64,000 bases of DNA from an uncultured Lachnospiraceae bacterium (GCA_947627245.1 CANQVH010000010.1:7672-71671); one strand, 5' to 3'; numbered from the stretch's first letter, positions 1 to 9,625 are shown. The notes: generated by a model not told the origin, from the sequence alone. Numbers and translations: made by a program.

Positions 1-420
1 TTCGACAACGATACGATTCGCGCGGTGCGGTGTCTGGTGCGCAATCACTCGCGCTATCCGCGGCTTTCGGCGTGGGATGTGCGCGTCTGCGCGTATGAGA
101 TCGGACCGGAGCTGTTCGACGATTTCTTGCTGGTCAAGCGGGCGGATATCACGGCGCATCACCCGGATATTATCTCGGATACGCTGAATTATCTGCAGGA
201 GGTGGAGCGTATCTGGAGGGATATCTGCGCGCGCGGCGACTGCCTGTCGCTGCATGATCTCAGGCTGTGCGGCCGGGACTTGATCGCGGACGGAATGCAG
301 CCGGGCCCTGCGATCGGAGCGCTTTTGCAGAAGCTTCTGGAGGAAGTGCTTGAAGAGCCGCAGCGCAACGAACGAGAATATCTGCTCGCGCGCAGCCGGA
401 TTCTGCGTGCGGAGGCTTGA
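1..420 (+). CDS. cca: CCA-adding tRNA nucleotidyltransferase / poly(A) polymerase family, C-terminal part (5' truncated by window)
   Basis: C-terminal motif L.L.G.DL...G..PGP.IG.LL..LLE.VLE.P..N.RE.LL; frame open from base 1. Confidence 0.8.
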   Translation, partial: FDNDTIRAVRCLVRNHSRYPRLSAWDVRVCAYEIGPELFDDFLLVKRADITAHHPDIISDTLNYLQEVERIWRDICARGDCLSLHDLRLCGRDLIADGMQPGPAIGALLQKLLEEVLEEPQRNEREYLLARSRILRAEA

Positions 421-433
421 TGGAAGAGGGAGA

Positions 434-610
434 AGCCGATCCGATGGGTGCGTGCCTGTGAGGGAGGCGACGCGCAGAGGCGACAGAGAAAGAGCCGATC
501 CGATGGGTGCGTGTCTGTGAGGGAGGCGGCGCACAGAGGCGGCAGAGAAAGAGCCAATCTGACGGGTGCGGTTTTGTGAGAGAGGCAGCGCACAGAGGCG
601 ATAGAGAGAC
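434..610. repeat. Intergenic tandem repeat, 3 x 59 bp, degenerate
   Basis: AGCCGATCCGATGGGTGCG... units start at 434, 493, 552. Confidence 0.9.
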
Positions 611-631
611 AATACCGGGAGGAAATGTGAG

Positions 632-1117
632 ATGAAATCTCCGCTTACAACTTTATGCTATATAGAGAAAGACGGATGTTATCTGATGTTGCATCGTGTC
701 AGCAAGAAGAATGACGTCAACAAAGACAAATGGATCGGCGTCGGAGGTCATTTTGAGGAGGGCGAGAGTCCGGAGGAATGTCTGCTGCGCGAGACGCTTG
801 AGGAGACAGGGCTTGTGCTGAAGAAGTGGCGTTTTCGCGGGATCGTGACGTTTCTCGCGGACGATTGGCCGGTGGAGTATATGTGTCTGTACACGGCGGA
901 TGAGTTCGAGGGAGAGCTGAAGGAGTGCGATGAGGGAACGCTGGAATGGGTTCCGAAGGCGGAGCTGTCACGGCTGAATCTCTGGGAGGGCGACAAGCTT
1001 TTCCTGCGGCTGCTTGCCGAGGACGCGCCGTTTTTTTCGATGAAGCTCACGTACTGCGGCGACAGGCTTGTGTCTGCATCGCTGGACGGAAGGGCGCTTA
1101 CTTGGCGCGAAGATTGA
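632..1117 (+). CDS. NUDIX hydrolase (8-oxo-dGTP diphosphatase, MutT/MTH1-like)
   Basis: Nudix box GGHFEEGESPEECLLRETLEETGL; RBS GGAGG. Confidence 0.9.
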   Translation: MKSPLTTLCYIEKDGCYLMLHRVSKKNDVNKDKWIGVGGHFEEGESPEECLLRETLEETGLVLKKWRFRGIVTFLADDWPVEYMCLYTADEFEGELKECDEGTLEWVPKAELSRLNLWEGDKLFLRLLAEDAPFFSMKLTYCGDRLVSASLDGRALTWRED

Positions 1118-1154
1118 CGCTGCCGAAGCGCGTGGGAAATACGAGGAGGATATT

Positions 1155-2081
1155 ATGAAAAAAACATCGGTGAAAAATCCCCTGCTGCTGTTTTTGACGG
1201 CGGTGATCTGGGGAGTTGCTTTTGTTGCGCAGAGCGTCGGCATGGAATATGTCGGGGCTTTTACATTTAATTTTACACGCTGTATCATCGGCGGCCTTGT
1301 GCTGATCCCGTGCATTCTGTTTCTGGATTGGCTGAAGAAAAAAGACGAGGAGAAAGCGGACGCGGCAAAGGAAGAAACGGACGGGAGCGGGGACAGGACT
1401 TCGCTCAAAACGCTGATTGCCGGCGGCATCTGCTGCGGCACGGCGCTCTGTGTGGCGAGCAATTTGCAGCAGTTCGGCATTAAGTATACAACGGTCGGGA
1501 AGGCCGGTTTCATCACGGCGATGTATATCGTTCTGGTTCCGTTGCTCGGAATCTTCCTGAAGAAGAAGGTCGGACTCAAGGTGTGGATCAGCGTGGCGCT
1601 CGCGGTGGCCGGACTTTATCTGCTCTGCATTACGGAGGGCTTTTCGCTCGGATGGGGAGATTTTCTGGTGCTCTTGTGCGCAGGCGTGTTTTCCGTTCAC
1701 ATTTTGGTAATCGATTACTTCTCCCCGAAGGTGGACGGCGTGAAAATGTCGTGCATCCAGTTTTTTGTGTGCGGCCTGCTCTCGGGCGTCGGGATGCTGA
1801 TCTGGGAGAAACCGGAGATTTCTGCGATCTTGCGTGCATGGATGCCGATCCTGTATGCGGGAGTGATGTCCTGCGGCGTTGCGTACACGCTGCAGATCGT
1901 AGGGCAGAAGGGGATGAATCCGACGGTCGCGTCGCTGATCCTGAGTCTCGAATCCGTAGTGTCTGTAATTGCCGGCTGGCTTTTGCTGGGACAGAGGCTG
2001 AGCGCGCGTGAGCTGTCGGGCTGTGTGCTGATGTTTGCGGCCATTATTCTCGCTCAGCTTCCGCAGAAGGAGAAATCATGA
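1155..2081 (+). CDS. EamA/DMT family transporter
   Basis: Ten hydrophobic segments, IWGVAFVAQ and AYTLQIVGQK motifs; GAGGAGG RBS before ATG 1155. Confidence 0.9.
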   Translation: MKKTSVKNPLLLFLTAVIWGVAFVAQSVGMEYVGAFTFNFTRCIIGGLVLIPCILFLDWLKKKDEEKADAAKEETDGSGDRTSLKTLIAGGICCGTALCVASNLQQFGIKYTTVGKAGFITAMYIVLVPLLGIFLKKKVGLKVWISVALAVAGLYLLCITEGFSLGWGDFLVLLCAGVFSVHILVIDYFSPKVDGVKMSCIQFFVCGLLSGVGMLIWEKPEISAILRAWMPILYAGVMSCGVAYTLQIVGQKGMNPTVASLILSLESVVSVIAGWLLLGQRLSARELSGCVLMFAAIILAQLPQKEKS

Positions 2082-3019
2082 GAGCCGGATCCGACCAGAA
2101 GCCGAGGATCGGCTGTATGCTCTGCCCGCGGGCGTGCGGGGCGGATCGTGCGGGCGGAAAGCGCGGACGGTGCGGCGTGGATGAGTGGATCCGGGTCGCG
2201 CGGGCGGCGCTCCACATGTGGGAGGAGCCGTGTATTTCAGGCGATGAAGGCTCCGGCGCCGTATTCTTTTCCGGCTGTCCGCTCGGCTGCGTCTATTGTC
2301 AGAATCGGGAGATTTCGCGGGGAGAGCGCGGCACGGTGATCTCCGTGGAACGGCTTGCGGAGATTTTTCTGGAGCTGCAGCAGCAGAAAGCGAACAACGT
2401 CAATCTGGTGACGGCGGGGCATTATCTGCCGCAGGTGCGCGAGGCGCTTCTGCTGGCAAAGGAGCAGGGCCTTGAGATCCCGATCGTCTACAACAGCAGC
2501 GCCTATGAGACACCGGAGGCATTGCGGCGTTTGGACGGTCTGGTGGACGTGTATCTGCCCGATCTTAAATACTTGGATCCGGAGCTTGCCGCAAAATATT
2601 CGAACGCTCCGGATTATCCGGAAATTGCGACGGCGGTAATTCGCGAGATGGTGCGGCAGAGACCGCGGCCGTGTTTTGACGAGCGCGGGATCATGACGTC
2701 GGGCGTTATCGTAAGACATCTTCTGCTTCCCGGGCAGGTGCGTGAGGCGAAGAAGATTATAGAGTATCTGCACAGTGAGTACGGCGATCGGATTTACATC
2801 AGCATGATGAACCAGTATACGCCGGTACCGGCGGTGAAGGATGAACCGCTGCTCGGTCGCCGTGTGACGAAACGCGAATACGAGAGGCTTCTCGCATACG
2901 CAGGAGAGCTCGGTATAGAGCAGGGCTTCTATCAGGAAGGGGAAACCGCGAAGGAGAGCTTTATCCCGGAGTTCGGCGGTCAGGGCGTGCTCAAGGCGGA
3001 ACGGAAACACGTCTTATGA
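2078..3019 (+). CDS. Radical SAM protein (PflX-like)
   Basis: CPRACG N-terminus, CxxxCxxC (CPLGCVYC), HMWEEPCISG, VRHLLLPG. Confidence 0.85.
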   Translation: MRAGSDQKPRIGCMLCPRACGADRAGGKRGRCGVDEWIRVARAALHMWEEPCISGDEGSGAVFFSGCPLGCVYCQNREISRGERGTVISVERLAEIFLELQQQKANNVNLVTAGHYLPQVREALLLAKEQGLEIPIVYNSSAYETPEALRRLDGLVDVYLPDLKYLDPELAAKYSNAPDYPEIATAVIREMVRQRPRPCFDERGIMTSGVIVRHLLLPGQVREAKKIIEYLHSEYGDRIYISMMNQYTPVPAVKDEPLLGRRVTKREYERLLAYAGELGIEQGFYQEGETAKESFIPEFGGQGVLKAERKHVL

Positions 3020-3145
3020 AGGGAAAGAGAAGCGAACTTCGGTCAGGGTGTGCTCAAAGCGGAATGGAAACACGTCTTATGAAGGGAAAGAGAAGCGAAC
3101 TTCGGTCAGGGTGTGCTCAAAGCGGAACGAAAAATACGTATATAG
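2977..3145. repeat. Tandem repeat of about 2.6 x 63 bp derived from the 3' end of the radical SAM gene
   Basis: CGGTCAGGG(C/T)GTGCTCAA... units start at 2977, 3040, 3103. Confidence 0.9.
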
Positions 3146-3157
3146 AAGAGGAATCGG

Positions 3158-4336
3158 ATGGAGAGAGGGAAAACAGCAAAGACTTCCGGGTATCAGTGCC
3201 CGGTGCAAAAGCGCTGCGGCGGCTGTCAGCTTCTGCACCTGCCCTATGAGGAGCAGCTTGCGCTCAAGCAGAAGCAGGTGGAGCGGCTTTTGAAGCCGTA
3301 TTGTCGTGTGCGCAGGATCACGGGGATGGAAGACCCGCTTCACTATCGGAACAAGGTGCACGCCGCGTTCGCGCACAGAAGGGACGGCACGATCGTCTCA
3401 GGAATCTACGAAGAGGGGACGCACAAGGTCGTGCCGGTGGATGCGTGCCTGCTGGAGAATGAGAAGGCGGACGAGATCATCCGGACGATCCGCGGTCTGC
3501 TCAGATCCTTCAAGATCAAGACGTATGACGAAGACAGTGGGTACGGCTTGCTGCGGCACGTCATGGTCCGCACGGCGCATCAGACAGGGCAGGTAATGGT
3601 TGTTTTGGTGCTTGGCTCGCCGATCCTTCCGTCCAGAAACAATTTTGTCAAGGCGCTGCGCGCGGCGCACCCGGAGATCACGACGGTGGTTCTGAATGTG
3701 AACGACCGCAGGACCAGCATGGTGCTCGGCGAGAAAGAGACGGTGCTTTACGGAAAGGGCTATATTGAAGATGTGCTCTGCGGACGCCGATTCCGTATTT
3801 CGGCAAAATCGTTTTATCAGGTAAACTCGGTCCAGACGGAGGCGCTCTATGCGAAAGCGATCGAGCTTGCGGGACTTAGCGGAAACGAGCGCGTCATTGA
3901 CGCGTATTGCGGAATTGGAACGATCGGACTGATCGCGGCGGACAAAGCCGGAGAGGTGATCGGCATCGAGCTGAACCATGACGCGGTGCAGGACGCGATC
4001 CGCAATGCAAGGGCGAATAATGTGAAAAACATCCGCTTCTACGAAAATGACGCCGGGCGCTTCATGGTCGGAATGGCAGAGCAGGAAGCCGGCGCGGACG
4101 TCGTGTTCATGGATCCGCCGCGCACGGGCAGCGACGAGGCGTTTCTGTCCTCAGTCGTGAGGCTTGCTCCGAAGCGTGTTGTCTACATCTCCTGCAATCC
4201 GAAAACGCAGGCCCGGGATCTGGAATATCTGACGAAGCACGGATACCGCGCGCAGGAGGCGTGGCCGTATGATATGTTTCCTTTCGTGGACTATGCAGAG
4301 ACGGTGGTTCTCTTGACCCGCCAAAATAGGTTATGA
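3158..4336 (+). CDS. rlmD: 23S rRNA (uracil-5-)-methyltransferase RlmD/RumA family (no TRAM domain)
   Basis: C-x5-CGGC Fe-S motif, SFYQVN, DAYCGIGTIG, DPPR, YISCNP, DMFP. Confidence 0.9.
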   Translation: MERGKTAKTSGYQCPVQKRCGGCQLLHLPYEEQLALKQKQVERLLKPYCRVRRITGMEDPLHYRNKVHAAFAHRRDGTIVSGIYEEGTHKVVPVDACLLENEKADEIIRTIRGLLRSFKIKTYDEDSGYGLLRHVMVRTAHQTGQVMVVLVLGSPILPSRNNFVKALRAAHPEITTVVLNVNDRRTSMVLGEKETVLYGKGYIEDVLCGRRFRISAKSFYQVNSVQTEALYAKAIELAGLSGNERVIDAYCGIGTIGLIAADKAGEVIGIELNHDAVQDAIRNARANNVKNIRFYENDAGRFMVGMAEQEAGADVVFMDPPRTGSDEAFLSSVVRLAPKRVVYISCNPKTQARDLEYLTKHGYRAQEAWPYDMFPFVDYAETVVLLTRQNRL

Positions 4337-4380
4337 TAAAAGTGCGAATTGCAAATAAAAAGAGAAAAGGAGAAACAGCT

Positions 4381-5154
4381 ATGGCATTTTTGAACGTGGA
4401 ATTTTATTCACAGGCGCTAATCCGCCCCGTTACTTTCAAGATGTTCCTTCCCAATGACCCGAGGGATGGAAAAAACATAGGGAAGATCCGGACGCTATTT
4501 TTGCTGCACGGCTTTACGGGAGCATCAGGTTGGTGGGGCAACGAACAGCTTGCGGAAAAGTATCGGGTGGCATTGGTGATGCCAAATGGGGAAAATTCTT
4601 TCTATCTGGACGGGATCTCTTCAGGACACAAATTTGCCACTTTTTTGGGAGAGGAACTTGTGCAATATCTGCGCTGTACTTTTGGTCTGGCGGAGGGTTC
4701 CGACGAAACCGGGATCTGCGGTTTGTCTATGGGAGGATTCGGAGCATTGCGCACGGCGTTGGCATATCCGGATACTTTTGGCATGGCGGGAGCTATGTCA
4801 TCGGCTTTGATTATGCATCAGATTGCCCATATGAAGCCCGGGGAGTCTGATCCGATGGCGAATTATGAATATTATCGGGAATGTTTCGGGAATCTGGAGG
4901 AGGTGGAAAACAGTGATGCCAATCCGGAGATATTGGTAGATCGGCTGAAAGCCTCTGGGCATACGCTGCCGAAGATTTATATGTGTTGCGGCACAGAGGA
5001 TTTTCTGCTGGAGCATAACCGGAGTTTTCACAGATTTTTGACAGACCGGAAAGTGCCCCACGTTTACAAAGAAGCTCCGGGTGGGCACGACAGTGTATTT
5101 TGGGATGCACATACGCCCCGCATTATAGAGTGGATGTTTGGCGGAAAGGCGTAA
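4381..5154 (+). CDS. Alpha/beta-fold esterase (tributyrin/acetyl esterase family)
   Basis: LLHG, GLSMGG nucleophile elbow, CGTEDFL, PGGH; AAAGGAG RBS. Confidence 0.85.
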   Translation: MAFLNVEFYSQALIRPVTFKMFLPNDPRDGKNIGKIRTLFLLHGFTGASGWWGNEQLAEKYRVALVMPNGENSFYLDGISSGHKFATFLGEELVQYLRCTFGLAEGSDETGICGLSMGGFGALRTALAYPDTFGMAGAMSSALIMHQIAHMKPGESDPMANYEYYRECFGNLEEVENSDANPEILVDRLKASGHTLPKIYMCCGTEDFLLEHNRSFHRFLTDRKVPHVYKEAPGGHDSVFWDAHTPRIIEWMFGGKA

Positions 5155-5253
5155 AGTTTACAGTGTAATTTCCTGCTTACCTTACTTGAAATACATAAGA
5201 GTGGTCATTACTGTAGTTATGTGATAAAATATTAAATCTTAAGAATATTTGTC

Positions 5254-5282
5254 TTGCAAAAGCAGAACGCATGTTCTATAAT
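5254..5282 (+). promoter_or_regulatory. Sigma-A promoter with a Firmicute LexA/SOS-type box in the spacer
   Basis: TTGCAA 5254-5259, 17 bp spacer, TATAAT 5277-5282; GAAC-GCAT-GTTC at 5265-5276. Confidence 0.7.
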
Positions 5283-5356
5283 AGATATATAGTTAGATGA
5301 AGATTAAAGAAAAAATATTATATATTGAGTCTAAGAAAATATGGAGAAAATGAACC

Positions 5357-6241
5357 ATGTTTAACAAATTAATTGAAGTAATAAAAAATCTGGCTGTAAA
5401 GGAATTTAAAGATGCAACATTGGAAGTACGAAGATTTATTGATGATATGCCGGAAGAAACCTTTAAATTTATTGTAAGACAAATCGGAACGATTCCAGAG
5501 AATATTGAGCATGATTCAACAGAGGAGAAATTGTATTCTAAGGCTTCTGATATCGTATTAGCTAGATGCTTTCGCTTATTGGGTCTGGCGGCTCGGGCGA
5601 TAGATGAAAGAGCAGACAGTGCAGATATTTTAGCTGAAAGCATATCTGGATACAACTATAGTTTAGTAGCGGATGCTAAATGCTTTCGTTTGAGTAGGAC
5701 TGCTAAAAATCAAAAAGATTTTAAAGTTAGTAATTTGAGTGACTGGAGAGGGTCGGAGAATGAGTATGCTGTGCTGGTTGCACCGTATTTTCAGTATCCA
5801 CAGGCGGTGAGCCAGATATATTCGAAAGCATTAGATAATAATGTCTGTTTGTTATCATGGGAACATATTTCAATATTGTTAGAGAGAAATATAAAAGAAA
5901 CTGATGTTTTGTCACTTGAATCGTTATGGAATGCTTCTCTGATGATTTCCAGAGACAAATCGTTGAGTTTTTCTAATGCTAAATGTTGTTTCTTGCCTAA
6001 AATGGATTCATATGTAGCCAAAAAAGCAGGAATGTCCGATACAGAATATAGAAAGACTTTAGAAGATTATAAAAATACAATAATATACAGGGGAAGAGTG
6101 GAGATTGATTACTGGAATGAACGAATAGAAGAAATAAAAAAATACACCAGAGAAAAGGCAATCGAAGAATTAATTAAAGCAAAGAAATTAGAAGAGAAAA
6201 TTAGTGTAATTGCCACATATATAAATAAACTTAGCAGGTAG
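5357..6241 (+). CDS. Type II restriction endonuclease, HindIII family
   Basis: GTIPENIEHDSTEEKLYSK, ADAK.FRLSRTAKNQKDFKV, PYFQYP...SQIY motifs; AT-rich. Confidence 0.85.
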   Translation: MFNKLIEVIKNLAVKEFKDATLEVRRFIDDMPEETFKFIVRQIGTIPENIEHDSTEEKLYSKASDIVLARCFRLLGLAARAIDERADSADILAESISGYNYSLVADAKCFRLSRTAKNQKDFKVSNLSDWRGSENEYAVLVAPYFQYPQAVSQIYSKALDNNVCLLSWEHISILLERNIKETDVLSLESLWNASLMISRDKSLSFSNAKCCFLPKMDSYVAKKAGMSDTEYRKTLEDYKNTIIYRGRVEIDYWNERIEEIKKYTREKAIEELIKAKKLEEKISVIATYINKLSR

Positions 6242-6252
6242 GTTGACAAAGT

Positions 6253-7149
6253 ATGAGTAGGATAGAACTGGGAGATTCAATACAACTGATTAAAAGCGTT
6301 GAAGCTGAGTCTGTTCACTTAATTTTATCAGATATTCCATATGGTATAAATTATGATGAGTGGGATGTGTTACATAATAATACAAATAGCGGACTTCTAG
6401 GAAAAAGCCCGGCGCAAGAAAAATCAGGTAGCATATTTAAGACAAGGGGAAAACCTTTAAATGGATGGTCACAGGCAGATAGAAATATTCCGTTGGAGTA
6501 TTATCAGTGGTGCTCATTATGGGCGGAGGATTGGTTAAGAGTTTTGAAGCCGGGGGCAAGTTGCTTTATTTTTGCAGGTAGGCGATTAGCGCACAGATGT
6601 ATTTGTGCAATGGAAGATGCTGGTTTTATATTTAAAGATATGATTTCATGGGAAAAGGAAACGGCGGCATATCGAGCACAGCGAGTAAGCAGTGTGTTTG
6701 AGAGGAGAAATGATAAAGAAAATAGCATTGCATGGGAGGGATGGAAAATAGGAAATCTTAGGCCGTTGTTTGAGCCTATTTTATGGTTTATGAAACCATA
6801 TCCGCAGGGAAGTACATTGACTGATAATATTTTAAAGTATTCAGTTGGAGCATTTAACGAAAATGAATTGAAAAAATTGGCCTCGTTAAATGAAGGTATG
6901 GAAATATGCTCTAATATTATAAAGGTGCGGACCCAAAGAACAGACAGAGGTTTACATCCTACGCAAAAAGCCGTTAAATTAATGGAAGTTTTGATCTCAC
7001 TTGTTACAAAAGAGGGACAAACCGTGCTTGATCCGTTTTGCGGTTGCGGGACTACGCTGGTTGCAGCAAGAAATTTGAATCGGGAATACATAGGATTTGA
7101 AATAAATGAAGAATACTATAATAATATCTTGCTGAGAATGAAGGGATAA
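6253..7149 (+). CDS. Site-specific DNA methyltransferase (beta class, N6A/N4C), M.HindIII-like
   Basis: DIPY catalytic motif near the N-terminus, HPTQK, LDPFCGCGTT; adjacent to the REase. Confidence 0.9.
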   Translation: MSRIELGDSIQLIKSVEAESVHLILSDIPYGINYDEWDVLHNNTNSGLLGKSPAQEKSGSIFKTRGKPLNGWSQADRNIPLEYYQWCSLWAEDWLRVLKPGASCFIFAGRRLAHRCICAMEDAGFIFKDMISWEKETAAYRAQRVSSVFERRNDKENSIAWEGWKIGNLRPLFEPILWFMKPYPQGSTLTDNILKYSVGAFNENELKKLASLNEGMEICSNIIKVRTQRTDRGLHPTQKAVKLMEVLISLVTKEGQTVLDPFCGCGTTLVAARNLNREYIGFEINEEYYNNILLRMKG

Positions 7150-7150
7150 A

Positions 7151-7366
7151 ATGAGGGGATTACAAATTGATTTTTCTGCCCCGATAAATGAGGGCGATAC
7201 AGAATTAACAACAATGGGATGTAGACATACAAACCCAGATATATGTAAAAATAATGGAATCCAAAATATTTGTGCTTTTGTGTCGGATGATCATATATGC
7301 AAAAGACCTTCACGTGCGTGGAAGAAAAAGTATATTCAGTTGTCATCGGAAACAAGAACAAGTTAA
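7151..7366 (+). CDS. Small Cys-rich hypothetical protein (71 aa)
   Basis: Starts 1 bp after the MTase stop; GCRHTNPDIC...ICAFV...ICKRP; followed by a hairpin. Confidence 0.65.
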   Translation: MRGLQIDFSAPINEGDTELTTMGCRHTNPDICKNNGIQNICAFVSDDHICKRPSRAWKKKYIQLSSETRTS

Positions 7367-7373
7367 AATAGGA

Positions 7374-7399
7374 AAAGGAGGCGCCGTAGCACCTCCTTT
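7374..7399. terminator. Hairpin, likely intrinsic terminator
   Basis: AAAGGAGG-C-GC / GC-A-CCTCCTTT stem between convergent genes. Confidence 0.65.
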
Positions 7400-7512
7400 C
7401 TGATAAAATGGATTGAATCATATGATATGATAGCAGTAATTTTGTAAGCTCTTTTTTGGTGTCGGTGGAAAAGCTGACTACGCTTACCGGCCTACAATGA
7501 TCAGTTTATGGT

Positions 7513-8652
7513 TTATGCCCGGCCCAGCTTTTCGGCAAAGCGGTGCAGCGAATCCGGGATACGGATCGTCTGCGGACATACTTTTTCGCAACTGTGACAG
7601 GCGACACAGCATTCCGGCTGTTTGTCTGCGGCAATGGAGGAAAGTCCCATGGGAGCGATGAAATCTCCGGAACCCGCCACGACAGCCTCATTGTAGAGCT
7701 TCAGCAGGAACGGGATATCCAGTCCCTGCGGACAGTGGCTCACGCAATAGTGGCAGCCTGTGCAGGGAACCGTGGTGCGGGCAATCATGTCGTCCGCTAC
7801 GCTGAGAATCAGCTCCGTTTCCTTTTCGTTCAACGGCTTCTTCTCCGCAAAAGTCGCGATATTGTCCCGTATCTGCTGCATGTTCGACATGCCGGACAAA
7901 ATCATAGTCACGCCCGGAAGTGTCTGCAGGAAACGGAATGCCCATGCGGGGACATTCTCGTCCGGTCTGGCTTCTTTCAGGCGGGCTTCAAATTCACTGT
8001 CGAGCGTGGCGAGCTGACCGCCGCGGACCGGCTCCATGACCCAGATCGGAATGTTCCGGCTGTTCAGAAGCTCCACCTTTCCCTCCGCGTTCTGGAATTT
8101 ATAATCGAAATAGTTCAGCTCGATCTGACAGAATTCCATGTTCTCTCCATAGGCATCCAGAAACTTTTTCATGCAGTCGAGGTTGCCGTGCGTGGAAAAG
8201 CCGAGATGCCGGATGCGGCCGTTCTTTTTCTGCTCCATGAGATAATCGTAGATCCCGTATTTCGGATCGAGATAGGCGTCCACGTTCATTTCGCAGACGT
8301 TGTGAAACAGGTAGAAATCAAAATAATCCACCTGACATTTTTTCAGTTGCTCCTCGAAAATTTCCTTCACCTTCGGCATGTTGTTGAGATCGTATCCCGG
8401 AAACTTGGTCGCGAGGAAGAAGCTGTCCCGCGGGTATTTTTTCAGGATCTCGCCGACGACCCGTTCCGATTCTCCGTTGTGGTAGCCGTAGGCCGTGTCG
8501 TAGTAATTGACGCCCGACTCCATGGCATAGCCGATCATTTCCTCGGCAGTCTTCACATCGATCTTTCCGTCGTTGCCGTCTGTCACCGGCAGTCTCATAT
8601 TTCCCATACCGAGCGCAGACAATTTCATTCCCTGAAATTCATTGTAAAGCAT
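7513..8652 (-). CDS. Aldo/keto reductase with C-terminal 4Fe-4S dicluster
   Basis: LGMGNMRLP, NYYDTAYGY, LATK, CTGCHYC..HCPQ and CVACHSCEKVCPQ. Confidence 0.9.
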   Translation of the reverse strand: MLYNEFQGMKLSALGMGNMRLPVTDGNDGKIDVKTAEEMIGYAMESGVNYYDTAYGYHNGESERVVGEILKKYPRDSFFLATKFPGYDLNNMPKVKEIFEEQLKKCQVDYFDFYLFHNVCEMNVDAYLDPKYGIYDYLMEQKKNGRIRHLGFSTHGNLDCMKKFLDAYGENMEFCQIELNYFDYKFQNAEGKVELLNSRNIPIWVMEPVRGGQLATLDSEFEARLKEARPDENVPAWAFRFLQTLPGVTMILSGMSNMQQIRDNIATFAEKKPLNEKETELILSVADDMIARTTVPCTGCHYCVSHCPQGLDIPFLLKLYNEAVVAGSGDFIAPMGLSSIAADKQPECCVACHSCEKVCPQTIRIPDSLHRFAEKLGRA

Positions 8653-8768
8653 ACTGTTACCTCCCGAGTAAATTTTTTGTCCGCAGTGCGGACGTGCCTT
8701 GATGAGAATATCATATCATCAGAAAGAATTGGATGCAAGCGGAAGATGAATGAGACATGGACTGTGAA

Positions 8769-8798
8769 TTGACAAAAGAAAACGGACGATAGTAAAAT
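8769..8798 (+). promoter_or_regulatory. Sigma-A promoter
   Basis: TTGACA-18 bp-TAAAAT upstream of ATG 8840. Confidence 0.6.
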
Positions 8799-8839
8799 AC
8801 AGAGAGAATGTATCAAAAACCCGAAAGGAGAAAGCGAAT

Positions 8840-9466
8840 ATGAAAATTACATGGATCGGACATTCCTGCTTCAAAATCGAATCAAAGGGGTATACGGTGA
8901 TAATGGATCCTTATGAGGACGGATCCGTGGACGGTCTGAAGCCCGTGAGGGAGGAGGCGGACTTGGTCCTCTGCAGCCACGAGCACAGAGACCACAACGG
9001 GCGCTCCTGTGTTGCTCTGCGGGAAGGGCATCCGTCGCCGTTTGCGATTGAGAAGATTGCGACATATCATGATGACGAGAAGGGGACCAAGCGCGGGCCA
9101 AATACCATTCATATCCTTGATGACGGGGAGTGCAGGGTGGCGCACTTCGGAGATCTGGGCTGTGCGCTTACGCCGGAACAGGCGGACAGACTTCGGGATC
9201 TGGACGCTGCGCTGATTCCTGTAGGCGGATTTTTCACGATCGACGCAGGGCAGGCACGGAAGCTGGCGGAGGAGATCCGTCCGGGAATTGTTGTGCCTAT
9301 GCATTACAGGAACGGGAACTTCGGCTTTGAGGTGTTGGGGACGGTGGATGCGTATACCGCGCTCTGCCCTCAGGCGCAGTTGTCCGCAGGCAGCGTGCTG
9401 GAGATATCGAAAGATCAGAAGGAGAAGGACCGTACCGTGGTATTGACGCCGCAGAATGCTATGTAA
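8840..9466 (+). CDS. MBL-fold metallo-hydrolase
   Basis: WIGHSCF, SHEHRDH, HFGDLG, PMHY. Confidence 0.9.
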   Translation: MKITWIGHSCFKIESKGYTVIMDPYEDGSVDGLKPVREEADLVLCSHEHRDHNGRSCVALREGHPSPFAIEKIATYHDDEKGTKRGPNTIHILDDGECRVAHFGDLGCALTPEQADRLRDLDAALIPVGGFFTIDAGQARKLAEEIRPGIVVPMHYRNGNFGFEVLGTVDAYTALCPQAQLSAGSVLEISKDQKEKDRTVVLTPQNAM

Positions 9467-9589
9467 ATGATTGAGGAAATAAACAGGTAAGCTCTCGAAA
9501 CGGAACGTGAAGGGATGTATTCCATGAGGTGAATGATTAAAGAAATGAACAGGTAAAAATAAATTATCCGAAGGATCCGGTTGCCTTTG

Positions 9590-9625
9590 GCTGTACAGAT
9601 TTTTGCACAGCGATTGATGTAAACT
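9590..9625 (+). promoter_or_regulatory. Imperfect palindrome plus -10 element, candidate regulator site
   Basis: GCTGTACA-GATTTT-TGCACAGC 9590-9611 followed by TAAACT 9620-9625. Confidence 0.4.

Noticed and set aside
434-610. Possible CRISPR array
   Set aside because: Contiguous degenerate tandem units with no unique spacers, and no cas genes in the window; the same applies to 2977-3145 and 29957-30070.
3016-3293. ORFs 3016-3249 and 3048-3293
   Set aside because: By-products of the 63-bp repeat overlapping rlmD.
5297-5353. 18-codon ORF upstream of the restriction endonuclease
   Set aside because: No SD, too short for a C protein, and expected by chance in AT-rich DNA.
7543-8772. Long antisense ORFs (also 10285-11943, 11787-13808, 15630-16979, 21152-22945)
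   Set aside because: Shadow frames of well-supported genes in GC-rich DNA, with no motifs or RBS.
9463-9556. Two similar 28-bp stretches (G.AATGATT.A.GAAAT.AACAGGTAA)
   Set aside because: Only two degenerate copies at a gene end; no function can be supported.
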